From Phoronis australis (Eukaryota; Animalia; Phoronida), in assembly GCA_002633005.1 (NCBI GenBank), contig NMRA01000028.1:1-64000 (forward strand): 64,000 nt of DNA. The letters are read 5' to 3'. Under the pieces are notes generated by a model. It ran no database searches. It was not told the origin of the DNA and saw only the letters and a program-made list of their open reading frames with translations. This document shows positions 36,506 through 49,003 of the stretch, piece after piece. Both the position numbers and the translations under genes were made by a program. The stretch's first letter is position 1, and each line of letters starts with the position of its first letter.

Positions 36506-39111
36506 GACTGCGTAAAATGAGCCAACTGCCTTCTAGATATGTTAAATACATGTACTTTTTGCAACATGTTTTTGTTTCGTTTTATTCCACACAACCACTA
36601 AATGATTACTACACATTTTATGTCCCTATATGTACCCCCATCGGAAACCCCCAGTCATGTTCTTGATCTATCGCATTTGACTGGTGAATTGACATCTTTG
36701 TAACCACGTCCAGCTTGAACAGACGATCGCCAGCTGGGACAGTGAAAAATTCAGTGCTAAATGCTTAGAATTTGGTCAATTATGTGCTTCCATCGGATTT
36801 GGGGGCGGGCGACAAAAATGATCAGACGTCTGCACGGCGTTCACATGTGACTTTTTATACGTCGTACCTGACGTTAGATTTTTTGTGATAGGACGGCATG
36901 TCACGCAACATCAGATCTGGACTTTCAAAAGTTACACGCCCACCAATCTTTCTAAACTCGCATTCGCACTTCTCGTGTGTATTTAAGAGTAATAATTACT
37001 CATTTCACTCTTCTTAAACATAAAAGAAAACGGAAATGCCGACCAAGCAATGCAAATTTTGACATTTCAGGAACATAAAAATATTTGAACCTTCCTAATG
37101 TTTTAGTCCCTATCACTATAAGTATATATGACTGACCTCTTTGTGTACCATAAATAGCAGCGGTGCTTATTGAATATTTCGTATATTCCTTAGAGGGAAA
37201 TGTGTAAATACGTGTAGCCTCATTACGTAAATGTAGCAGAAAGAGTACCGTTACGATAAGAGTCTCGTCTTGGCCTTGGCTATTATTGACCTTCCTTCCG
37301 AGGCTCCAGCTCTCAAACCAAGTGCAGAGGCAGACACACATAAGTAGATAACCCCAGCCAGTGATAAGGCGACCATTATGCAGCTCAAAAGCAGGGCCAC
37401 AACGATGAGAGCGAACACCTCGTCGTGCGCTGGAGTGTCTTTTGGTAGGAAAACAAGTGCGAATATCTGACTGATGAGATCGACGACCGAAAATAAGGTG
37501 TTAATTAGGCTGAAGGTGAAGAACGCAATTATCTGAAATTGAAACGTGACAGGCTGATAATTAAGCCGAAACGTTTCAAAAACAAATTTTCAACGAAATA
37601 ATGGTTATGTATGACCACTTATCTGAAATTAAAAACAATAGACAATTACCTAATTTGACTGAACAAATTATAATTGAATTACTAAATCTCCCAATTAATC
37701 ATTGTGTACCTGAACAAAACAAGTAGTTGATGGGAATATTACAAATCGTTTACATGTTTGCCGGGCATCATGTTGCTAGCTTTCCCGCCAATTAGGCGCA
37801 ACTCGGGGTCTTGTAATACTTCCTCGTTTCGAAGAGTTCCCGTCAATGGAAAAACATAACTCCGCTACTTTAACAGACATTACAACTCGTCTTAAAACAG
37901 GTGTATTAAACTGTGGAACTCAGTTGGGAAAGAGTGCATCCTGAACTTGACACCAAACAACCATAAGAAGTAAGCAATATTGAATTTCATGTGAAGATAG
38001 TCCCGAACTTGGCCAACAACCAAACAAATGTCGAAACGACAAATACCAAGTGTCGATCAGAATATCACAAGATGGCATCTGAACAACACATGAAGGTAAC
38101 AAAAATATGCGAATTTTATCATTCGGAATGCCTCCACTGTTTTCCTTCCGAGGGGAAATTTGAGGCCATGAAAGTAATCGAATTATTTCTAATGGACGTC
38201 GAACGTTACCCGCATGACACGTGCTGACTACGCCACGTCTGTACTGTTAAGAACTATTGTATGTCACGACGGCGCTACGTGATCTCCCGACCGAGTAACC
38301 AAAAATCAAGTTCAGGGACAGTTTAAGAAAATTGATCAGGGACAATTTCTGAAAAATATTCATCGAGACATCACAGAAAAATTCAACAACAGGCAGAGAA
38401 AAACACGCAGAAACTTGAGATTGTTTACCATAAAAATTGTCACTGGTGTTCTCAGACTTTGTTCTTTTTTAAACCTCTATCAAGCTTTAAACATTATGTT
38501 GATTTCTATGTTAAAGTAATGTGGAACTTAATATTTTGGAAACTTGGGATTTTTTAAAACATACCCGGTAAATGTGTAATTTTATCAACATGTCGAAAAA
38601 GAACAAATCGTTTCGCTCAAAATGTCAAAAACAATGGTACATGTTAAATTATTTATCATCACACTGCTATTTTCTCTCAAATCAGTTAACTGTCATCAAG
38701 CATGGAACTGAATTGTGATTGATGCAGCACTTTGCCTATGGAAGTCTCAGAGTTACACAAAACTCTGCTTTGTCGGATTGCTCAGGACTGACTGAGGAAG
38801 GTGTTCTCAGGTTGATCTTTTACGTGTGAAAAAATGCCCGATGACACTGATGATCTTACGACTAGTAACGTGGACAAACGAATTCAACACCAATTTTTTC
38901 GCAAAAAAATGCAGGTGGCCTGATGTCATTTCCGGTGCATCAGACGTGCGCAGGCCTCATGGTTCGGTCCATTGTACCAAACACTTGAATTTTCGCAAGG
39001 TCATTCGGCAGTTTTGTGGCACGTCAAAGATACTGCCACTGCTAACAAAGTTGCTGCCGTAACCTTAAAAGGTGGCTATACGATGGTCTCATTGATGACT
39101 CGATGCTTTTG

Positions 39112-39260
39112 CATGGGCGGTGCACCATAGGGGGCTGGGGGGGGGGGTTATAGCCCCACTTTTTTCAGTGCTACGCCGCACATGGTCCATAGGCGGTGCC
39201 CAACAGGGGAGGCTGAAGGGGCTTTAGCCCCCCACTTTTTTCAGCGTTGCGCCGCCCATG
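39112..39260 (+). mobile_element. ~150-bp MITE with CATGGGCGG...CCGCCCATG ends, copy 1
   Basis: TIR catgggcgg.gca / tgcgccgcccatg; further copies at 39817 and 59247. Confidence 0.75.
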
Positions 39261-39816
39261 TTTTAATTTCGACTAGAGTCGAATTTGAACATCTCCTTTA
39301 CTGTGTGTCCATCTGGTGTCAAGTTGGGTACAGTGTGACGCCGGCCATGCACTTACCAAATAGCGCAGAGATGCATTCGTAGGAAGTAATTTCTGTCGGC
39401 TTGCTGCCACTGCTACTGAGCCAGCTCCTACGACCTGTTCGATAAAATTGTTTAAAAAATGTTACTTCTTTCAAGGGCGGTGTTATATTTTATCTACTTG
39501 TCCAACGGTAGACAGCCAACAGCTTGAATAAAAAAATCAGTGTCAGACCTGGATGGAATTTTGAATTTTCGGGAGCAGTGGGACATCGGGAAATGACAAA
39601 CCGATTGTCATGAAGTGGACGGCGCACTAGCATACCCAAGATGAAACTGCCACTGGATAAAAAGTGATCTTTGACGAGGCACCGATGTCTGCTGAAAGAT
39701 TTCAAGAAATATCGGAAGTGATTTCACCAGAATTCAGTAACTTAAGGTCAGTGATGTACTTCCGAAGCTCAAAATCCATGCACGCACCCAGGAGGGGCTC
39801 AAACCAACCCCCACCC

Positions 39817-39964
39817 CAAGGGCGGCGCACCATAGGGGGCTGGGGGCTATAGCCCCCCACTTTTTTCAGTGCTACGTCGCACATGATCTATAGGCGGTGC
39901 ACCGGCCACAGGGGGCCGAGGGGGCTTTAGTACCCCCACTTTTTTCAGTGCTGCGCCGCCCATG
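39817..39964 (+). mobile_element. Same MITE, copy 2
   Basis: caagggcggcgcacc...tgcgccgcccatg. Confidence 0.75.
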
Positions 39965-41318
39965 CCCTCCCCATTTGACGAAGTGGGCAAAAACTGAGGT
40001 CCGCCTCAGAGAAACAAAAAAACTAGGAGAAAAGTAGTAAATGAGACTAAACTCCTCTAAAGAGGCAGGAACTACCAAAATTTGGCGAATGCACAATTCA
40101 TAGCTCTGAGCCTACTCTGTAAATGTTAGTAAAAGGTCCACATTCTCAAAAATTCGAGCCCCTGGGTGCGCGAATGAAATCATATCCAATTTAACCAAGG
40201 ACAATCAAAACGAGTTTCATAACGTGTAGTGGACTAAATTAATGTTGCTTTTGTGAAACAGGTTTATGGCCGCTTTAAACTAACCACCTGTTATTTTCTA
40301 TACGTCGGTATTTGAAAGGTATACATAATGAGATAAGACACCCATACGGTTTCGATATCGTCCGTCTGACTTAGCTAAAGCTTGTTTTTTGCAAAACAAT
40401 GGAATTTTTGCACGAGCACAGCCATTTAAAGTGGAAAAATGAGCACAAAAGTGACAAGACAACTACTTATTTTTTCAGCAACAATTTTCTGATGCGCTAT
40501 GCTTCAGTGACTAGTGAATGTGGTACGCGTTGGGATTGATTCAAAATCAGTAGCCTAGGCTACCGCGGAAATCGGTAGGGTTGGCAGGTATGGTACACTT
40601 TATTTCACAAATTGGCCAACGCGTACTTTTCGGTCCACGGAGGGACCGAAGTGTCCTACCAACAAGACGTCCTATCACAGATACTCCGGTCCACCGTCCA
40701 CAGGCATCTCCACATATTTAAAACTGGATTTACAGCCATCTAAACAAGGCGTCCTGTCACAGTTTACTCACAAACACTCCAGTCCACGCAGGGACCGAGG
40801 CGTCAAGGGGAAAGTAGAGCCTCGTTCTGGCAAGCACCAGCAAGGTAACCCCGACAACCAGGCTCAGTACCCCAGTGAAGATATTGGTCAAGCCCAGCCG
40901 GAACAGACGGTTAGCAGCGTTCTCGATGGCTACAAATGAAAACCAAACATTGAAAATGTTGTTGTGACAACAAGCCCACTTAACACGCCAAATTCAAATT
41001 TGTTGTTTTTCTTTGTTTCATTCCTCCACAGGCACTGTACGGTCGTAACAAACCAAAACACGAGACTGTGTAACAATTTTATTTGGGCAATTCGAATGAA
41101 AAAATCCATACCTCATTCATAAAAATATGATTTGATTCAGACATCGAATTTGCTCCACTTCCATGCAATTTTCAGACTAAGCCTCTTGTGTTATCCTTTA
41201 CATACTAAAATCTAATAATGGCTATATCTGCACGGAGACACAATGGATAAATAAAAGTTTCTTGATGGTGTTCTGCATGTTCGACTACCAACATTACACA
41301 TCGCGCGCGTTCGATAGG

Positions 41319-43236
41319 CCCGAAAGTACCATCGCTATTTTAGTTGAACTGTTTTTCTATTTGTCCTTTTAACCTTATTTGAAATTATTTTCACCCAGGT
41401 TAAAATTATTTCCACCTGTGTGGAATGTATTTGCATGTAGGGTGAAATCATTTCCACAGATGTTGTTTCAGTGGGATTGAAGTCTTTAGTTTTCCACCCT
41501 GGTTGAAATTATTTTCACCTACGTTGAAATTGTTTCCATCTAGGCTGAAATTATTTCTACCTATGTTTCATTTATTTCCACTTAGGTTAAAATTAACTTC
41601 ACTGAAGTTGAAATTATTTCCATCAATGTTGAAATTATTTTCACCTATGTTGAAATAAATTTCACGTAGCTTGAAATTATTTCTATCCGGGTTGAAGTTA
41701 TATCCACCTAGGTTTAAATTAACTTCATCGAGGTTGAATTTTTCCTCTAATGTTGAAATTGTTTTCACCCAGGATAAACTATTTTTAAGGTTTGAAGTTA
41801 CTTTCACCCAGGTTTAAATCATTTTCACTCAGGTTGAAAATATTTTCAACTAGTTTGAAATTATTTCCACCTAAATGAAGTTGTCCTCACCTAGGTAAAA
41901 ACGTTTTTAACGAGGTTGAAATTATTTCCACTTGGGTTGAAATTTTTTCATGTTCAAGTTACTTTCACCTAAGATGAAAATATTTTCTTCCAGGTTAAAA
42001 TTATTTTACCGAGGTCAAAACCACTTTAACTAGGTTAAAATTATTTCCACCTGCATTAAAATCAGTTACACTTGAAAATACTTTCACCATGTTAGAATTC
42101 CTTTTTACCTAGCTTAAGTAGAAATTATTTTCACTTAGGTTGAAATTATTTTCACCTTGGTCGAAAATACTTTCATCCATTTTGAAATTATTTTATGTAG
42201 GTTGAAACTATTTTTAACTTGGCTGCAATTATTTCCATTCGGGTGAACAACTTTGAGGTAGGCTGAATTTTGTTTCAAGTTAGGTTGAACTTATTTCCAC
42301 ACGGGTAGTAAATATTTATAGCTATGCTGAAATTATTTCATCCTGAGCCTAGGTTTGAAATTATTTTCACTCCAGTTGAAGTTAATTTCACCTAGACTGA
42401 AATTATTTGCATTTTGGTTGAAATAATTTCCACTCCAGTTGAAGTTATTTTGACATAGGTTGAAATACTTTCCACCGCTTTCGAAATTATTTCCGCCTAG
42501 GTTGAAATTATTTTCACCTAGGTTGAAAATGCTTTCACCCAGGTTTGAAAATATTTTTACTTGGGTTGAAACTATTTTCAACTGGTTTGGAATTATTTCC
42601 ACTTGAGTACAAAATCATCAGCTACGCTGAAATTAATTAATACTGGTTGCAAATTATTTCCGGCTCGGTTGAGATTGTTTTCACCTAGGTTTGCACATGC
42701 ACATACTCCTGAACTTTGTCACAGGTTGAAATCATCGTGCTGAAATTATCTCCACCCGATTGGAAATTATTTTTCCTAGGTTGAAATAATTTTTCCCAGG
42801 TTGAAACCTAGATTGATTTTGTTTCGACCTGGTCGGAAACTGTAGCTATCTGGGTAGAAATTATTTCCACACTGGTGGAGTTATTTACACCTTTGTTGAG
42901 ATGATTTCTACCTGAGTGGAAATGAAATACACCAGGGTAGTAATTACTTTCACTTAAGTTGAAATTAGTTGCACCCGGGTGGAAATTCCTTAAACCTAAG
43001 TTGAAATCGTTTCCACCTAGCTGAAAATTATTTCCATCCAGGTTGAAATTATTTCTTCCTGAGTGAAAATTATTTCCACCCATCTTAAAGTTATTTCCCC
43101 CTGGTTTGAAATAATTTACACCCAGGTGGAATATATGAATTCGTTCTCCCTTAGGTGGAAATTATTTCCACCTAAGTGAAAAAGGTAAAATAAAAATAAA
43201 GAAGCGCTTCAACTAAAATGCCGATCACACTATCGG
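41319..43236. repeat. ~1.8-kb array of a 21-bp quasi-palindromic unit (ggttgaaattattt(t/c)caccta) bounded by inverted repeats (MITE-like)
   Basis: atcgctattttagttgaa (41331) and ttcaactaaaatgccgat (43208) match at 16/18 as reverse complements; the repeat accounts for the NFNLGENNF-type ORFs. Confidence 0.85.
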
Positions 43237-44069
43237 CGCGCACACGAGAGCATTAGTGTATTGTTTCCGGTGCTCTTCATGACAGTCACGACACAATGTG
43301 GCACTCCGGTACAGTCTAGAGCACGGTATCAGTAATCAGTACTGTGGTGGGGCGGAACCCCAAAAATGCAATAGTAGCAAATTATAATGCATGTGAAAGC
43401 TCCTGAGCAGCTCTCTACCATATCAAAAGGCTAAGGATATCTAATTATTGGAACACCTTTTACTTGAAAGGGGAATAATACATTTTTGGAGTGACACATT
43501 TGGAAAGAATGTTTTTATACAATATAGAACACTTCAGGTTAGATCCACCTACAAGTCCATCATAACTGAGCCCATGCCAGCGTGTGCATTAATGGTGAAA
43601 GAGGTACGTTGATGGAGTAATTTCAGGTTGTTGAATTCCTGATTTGTGAATCAACATCTAAATACAGTGGAAAACGTACCTGTGACAGCGTCCATAATTG
43701 AATTTTCATGTGGCATAAATACTAAGCTTATTCACATGCCATAGATTTTGATAAAGTAGTCCTGAATAAGATATGAAGCGATAGATTTTAACCCATTTAA
43801 TACTATTCCTTATCATTGTCAACAGATGCTATCTTTATATTTCCTGGCTGGCGGTCTTGTTGGCTACGGTACGTCCTGCTCACTCCCAAGGCAACACGTA
43901 GCCCCTCACTTGCCTGCGGTATCCAGGGCGATGCAATTGCCTAACTCACAGTGTATCCCTCTATGATTGATGTTGACGTGCTTTTCGTTCTTGCTTCACA
44001 AATATTAATAGTATACCCGATGGCGTTATTTTTACTAAAATTAACGGGTAATAAAATGTAGACCTTGAG

Positions 44070-47000
44070 CACCCCGGCCAACCCGCGATCAAGAACGACC
44101 GGAAGACGATCGAGAACGAAATTTGGCGTGAGAAGGGAAGCCAAGCAAGGTTAGTAAATTGGATGAATTTTCGTTGTTTTTACTTCCAATGTGAAAACAG
44201 AGACATTAGTTCAAGACGTAACACATTGAGGAAGAGCAGGTAGAGGTTTAGGCAAGTGTCTCCTCCAATTACAGGAGAAAAGTTACGTTGACCGAGGCAT
44301 CGCTTAAGCCTAAGGTGACTTGTATGTCATGTAGGCAAATTGTCGTTATTTTTGGCACTAAATCAATAAATTGACCGTAGAGTTATGAAGAAATGGCTTG
44401 TGAAAACATAAAGCAACCCTTGTTTTTGGTAGTTTTGTCAGGATCTCTGATTTTTCAACGCTTTTCTGCTGAAAGATGCGATCGAGAACGCAACGATAAG
44501 CGATCGAAAACGCAAATTTGTGTATGTTTATGCGATCGCGAACGCATCGTGGTGTGTCGAACAGTAATGAACATTTTAATTTTAAACGTGAAAATGGTTA
44601 CAAAATAAGTGTGATGCAATGAATTAATCACATTTTGTGTCATTACTGTATTACTTTCGTATCAAAACTGAACAACAAAATAGCATACTTCCATTAAATT
44701 TCCATGAGCACTACATGTATTTCAAGCATAATTTTAGGTTCACAAACGAATTTACTTTCATTTCAGGAAACAAGTTCACTGCTATTGTTAGGCGAGCTTC
44801 AACGAACATGTTATTCACGATGTGAAGGTACATCCTACCACGGTTTTGAAAAAAACAGGCATCTACTTTTAGACGAAACCACTGAGAACAAGAGTTTCTA
44901 AACTGAAGACTCACCCAGGAGTTGTTCCATGTGGCGTGTCATCCAAGGGTAGACAAATTGTTGCAGCACCGGTATGAAAGGGAGTGTAGAATCTTATTGT
45001 AAAATTGTGACAGCAAAAGAAAAAAAAAACAAATTAATAGCCAGTGAAGTTAAAGAAAGATGATGAGCTTGCCCATGGGGAGAGAGGGGAGTGTGGCAAC
45101 ACTTCACGAGATGATTCAAAGATCACTTATAAATGTGTGGGATTAAAAATTGGCCAGAAGTTATGTAAACTTGTGTGCTGATAAAACGAGTGGGATTTTA
45201 CTTGATGTTTTACTGATAACATCGATACAGAGATGAACAGATTGACTTATGTCACCCATGTGGCTTGAATGTACGTTGTGTTTGACTCTTCTGTTTTGTA
45301 GTCTTGGTCCTAAGTTCACCTGCATCATCAGTTCACGATCTCCAGGTTAATGTGACATTGGAAAAGATGAGACAGTTATAATACACATACTATATTGTGA
45401 TTTTCTTAAAACGTAGTCAAAATGTTGTCATTAACATCACTTCAACTACACACTGTAGTGATTTACACAGGAAATCAATAATATTATAGCATTTCTATTA
45501 TAATATTAATCTTTTATCACACATACCTCAAAATTGGTCTTACAACTAAAATATATAAATTTATTGCTTCGGGGAAAATCCATTGAATATTTCCAACGAA
45601 TTACTTTTGGAATGTATTAGACTAAATCATCACTGAATCATGACTGACTGATAGTATAATAGTCTCTCACAGGAAATCAACAACAATACGAAAGCAATAT
45701 CTAAAATAATCATAGACATATATTTTCTTTTAAAATACTCATTGGTCAGAACAATTGTATGTAAGTACATTTGTATTGCCAATGGCACTTAGTGTGGCCA
45801 TTTAAATCTACCTAAACACCACAAAAATTGTACTGGTTCTGTTAAAGATTCTTTTGAAATTACACAAATATAGAAAGAAACTTGAGGAAAAAAGGTTCAA
45901 AACAAAACGTCAAAATACTATCACATCAAACAACTACCAACCACAGACTCTGTAAATCTGAATAAACTATAATGACTTAACAATCTTCACCACCGGACTT
46001 AATGATTTCATTTATGACGTTTCTGCTTGCTATGCCTGTAGAAGGAGGCATACTGTTTGCATGACATGCCACATTCACCACAAAAAGGAGTGTCCTCGTG
46101 CTGTGACACAGTGTCGCATCGGGCTGCACTCTTTCTGTGAAACATTGATCACAGACACTGAATCGACTTGGTTCCTGAGCACGATGCCTCATGCTGTGTT
46201 TTACTATATTGGTAAAAAAAAACTTGAGGCATGCAACGCGTCAATCGCAGGGCTGGTAAAAGTCTTGCTTTGTTGCTGTGTCACTTTATTTTATTGCCAT
46301 ACTAAGTCGATTTCTTAGTTCCTGAACAAGGCTCGAGCACACGCATACACTCCGACATGCAGCAGTTGTACTACTCTCTTTTGAAGGCGTGGACGTTAAC
46401 ACACTGAAGGTCTCCTCGTGTGGCTACAATTCAACTGAATAAAATCAAACGCATTCAGTTATGTTTGTTAGGCTAAATCTCACTTAGAAATAAAGAAAAA
46501 ACGATGAAATGTAATTAATGATCAACCCATCAACTAATCCGGGTTCCGCATTATTCTAAAATTATTGACAAAATACCGTAATGTGAACGACTATTCAGGT
46601 CATTGTAGAGAAAAAAATGTGCGTTCACGATCGCCTTTTTTGCGTTCACTATCGCCATAGAGAATTAACGACATCGTTCCCGATCGCCGTCTCACACAAG
46701 GACCTGCTTGTACTGGTAAATATCTCAAATTGTTTCACAAATCATAACTAACAAAGGTGTCAGCAGGGACGATTAAACTATAAACGTCACACCTCTCTTC
46801 TTAAGAACCCTGGAATTGCTAATAACAAGTAAAAATTGTCGATCAGAAGGAATTTTACCGAAAGTCATTGCTTTATGAGCTCTTTATTTTAAAAAAATAA
46901 GCAAAAGCCAAGTATTATTTCAGATCCACAACAAAGGCTACACTCTGACGCTTTTCTGTGTGTAGTATTCGTACCAAAGTGGCCTCTATTTAGCAGAAAA

Positions 47001-47084
47001 TGACACTTAAACTCACCATGTATGTCACTGTCGTCTGCCATTTTTGGTGCAAGGTCTCGTTCTCGATCGTGGTTGGCCGGGGTG
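44070..47084. mobile_element. 3.0-kb TIR DNA transposon, CAC...GTG termini, 5-bp TSD (TTGAG); Transib/RAG-like signature, internally deleted
   Basis: Left ttgag|CACCCCGGCCAACCcgcgatcaagaacga; right tcgttctcgatcgtGGTTGGCCGGGGTG|ttgag. The terminal 14 bp are perfect and the TIR extends imperfectly to ~28 bp. Confidence 0.85.
46008..46165 (-). pseudogene. C2H2 zinc-finger gene remnant inside the 44070-47084 element
   Basis: HEDTPFCGECGMSCKQYASFYRHSKQKRHK* fits C-x2-C-x12-H-x5-H; a frameshifted upstream finger reads ...VCDQCFT...MRHCVTA/H. Confidence 0.6.
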
Positions 47085-48829
47085 TTGAGCCATCCAGGAA
47101 TGTTCATGATATTAAGTTGATATTGGCCTACTGGATTACCTTTTTTGATTTCCCAGATCTTCGGAAAAATCTCGTCTCCTTCCGGCGATGGGATATTGAC
47201 AGTGATGAGTCGCGGGAACTATTGTCACGTGTGATTTCGAAACTGCCTCTATACTCTCGTTCCAGGGTGAAGATAATTTAATTCTGGTGCCACCTAGTTT
47301 GTTGAAAGAAAGCTGTAGGGCTGTGATATCTAGGAAATGAAAAACAAATTCCAGCAGACTAGTTTCAAATATCTTTATTAACGGGTATAAAGTACGAAAC
47401 AAAATAAATGATCTATAATCGTCTTCATCTCTCAAATTTTATGTCAAGTTTGAATAATTGTCAGAAAGTGGACACCAATTACCAATCGTGACGATTGCTT
47501 CAAAACGTAGTCGTGTTCAATTCTGTTATTACTAGGACATGCCCATGCATTTGACGACATTCTCCATTTTCCGAGCGACATGTCTTGCTAAAATGATTGA
47601 AGTTCGCACATGCACAAATGAAACACCTCCGATGGATAGTTTGAGGCTACGAACTAACCGAGATGTTCAAGATGATCCGACGGAAAATTTGAGATCACGA
47701 AAATACTCGAGGTGTTCCGGATGAATGACGAAATTGGGATTTCGGAGCCATTGGGATCACCAGTCTATCATTTTCGTAGACTCAATTTTGCCATCGGAGG
47801 TGATCGAGTTTCAGTCGTTCTCCAGTATGAAAGTCATGTGAGTTTCCGCGCGTTAACCGAAATTTTACGGTCCTTCGCATCTTCACGTGGTGTCCTCATG
47901 TTTGAGACTACGAAAATAGCTTTCGGGGACACTGTACTACATTGTGTGTCAACTGATGAAGAACCACATCATCTCAGATTCTCTTCTGGTTAAAATAATT
48001 GGTGAACATATCAAAGGGCACTAACAAAACAATTTCCTATGCACTAAGTCTTTTTGAATAACTGAACTCAAATTAAAGTTGGATCAAGCAATATGGAAGA
48101 CTGATTGAACTTACTCAAGAAAACGTTACTGTCACTATATTCAAAGGCAGCGCTAACTATGCACTGAATAATGGGCATGTTGCTCCAAAACTGCTTTCAG
48201 AGGGACTGAAGATCTTCTAGAGTGCTGACATTCTTACAGAGTCGATCTGGAAGATGGGGCTCATGGTCAGTGCTCCTCGTTGGCACAGACGGTCAAATGT
48301 GACTCTCTTGACGGTTCGAAGAGTCTGAAAAGATTGCACAGAGCGATTTGTTACCAAGCGCGACGTTCAGTTCGGTTTCCCTGTCAACCCTTAGAAAATG
48401 TTGAAGGCAAACTTGAATGTTGACTAATTTGTGTTTGTTGCCTTGTAATACCGTTGCCGCCTCTGAGCGTCACTCGGGATTTACCTAAATGAGGTTAACA
48501 TGATTTGTATTGGTACAAACGATTTTTTAAAAGCGTAATGCACTTCCCGGAAATAAATTACTTGTTTTTCAGTGATTCAAAAATAATTAGTTTGACTGTG
48601 TTTAGTGCGGGCTTTTGTTTACTTAGTGACAATGTATCAATTATTGCAGACCTACCGAAACAGCGATTTACTGGTTGCTTAATCAAAACGATACTAAACC
48701 TTATTTTGATGATTTCCACCAGTCATCGTTCTGTCACATTCTAATTCATCATTTACGCCAATGTTCCAAGTTAAAGGAAAGGCAGGAATAAATTACATAA
48801 AACCCATACTTCCTGTGTCCTTGGTGGGT

Positions 48830-49003
48830 GGTCTTTTCGCTAAAAGCGTAGGTCACGTTTGCTTGTTCAGCAGACTTTTAAAGTTTTCAATTTTTCCTCT
48901 AAACTTTTGAGGATTGTCGAGGGTTACAGAGCATTACTTTGATTGGGAAGGTCGTTTTCAGTATCTGTTACTTAAGACAAAACCGTGTTTGGTATCCTTT
49001 TAA
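48830..49003. repeat. Second copy of the interspersed repeat at 13340-13540, ending ggtatccttttaa
   Basis: Direct sequence similarity. Confidence 0.65.

Noticed and set aside
37470-37580. Hammerhead-ribozyme-like cores (ctgatga-gatc-gac-gacc-gaaa; ggct...agccgaaacg)
   Set aside because: The first has a mismatched stem II and no stem I pairing; the second lacks CUGAnGA. At most a decayed Penelope-type remnant.
41568-43083. Asn/Phe-rich ORFs (NFNLGENNF repeats)
   Set aside because: They are a by-product of the 21-bp satellite; frames are broken by frequent stops and indels and there is no splice or start context.
43947-43953. Perfect RSS heptamer CACAGTG near the CAC element
   Set aside because: It lies outside the TSD-bounded element and has no nonamer at 12- or 23-bp spacing; expected by chance in 64 kb.
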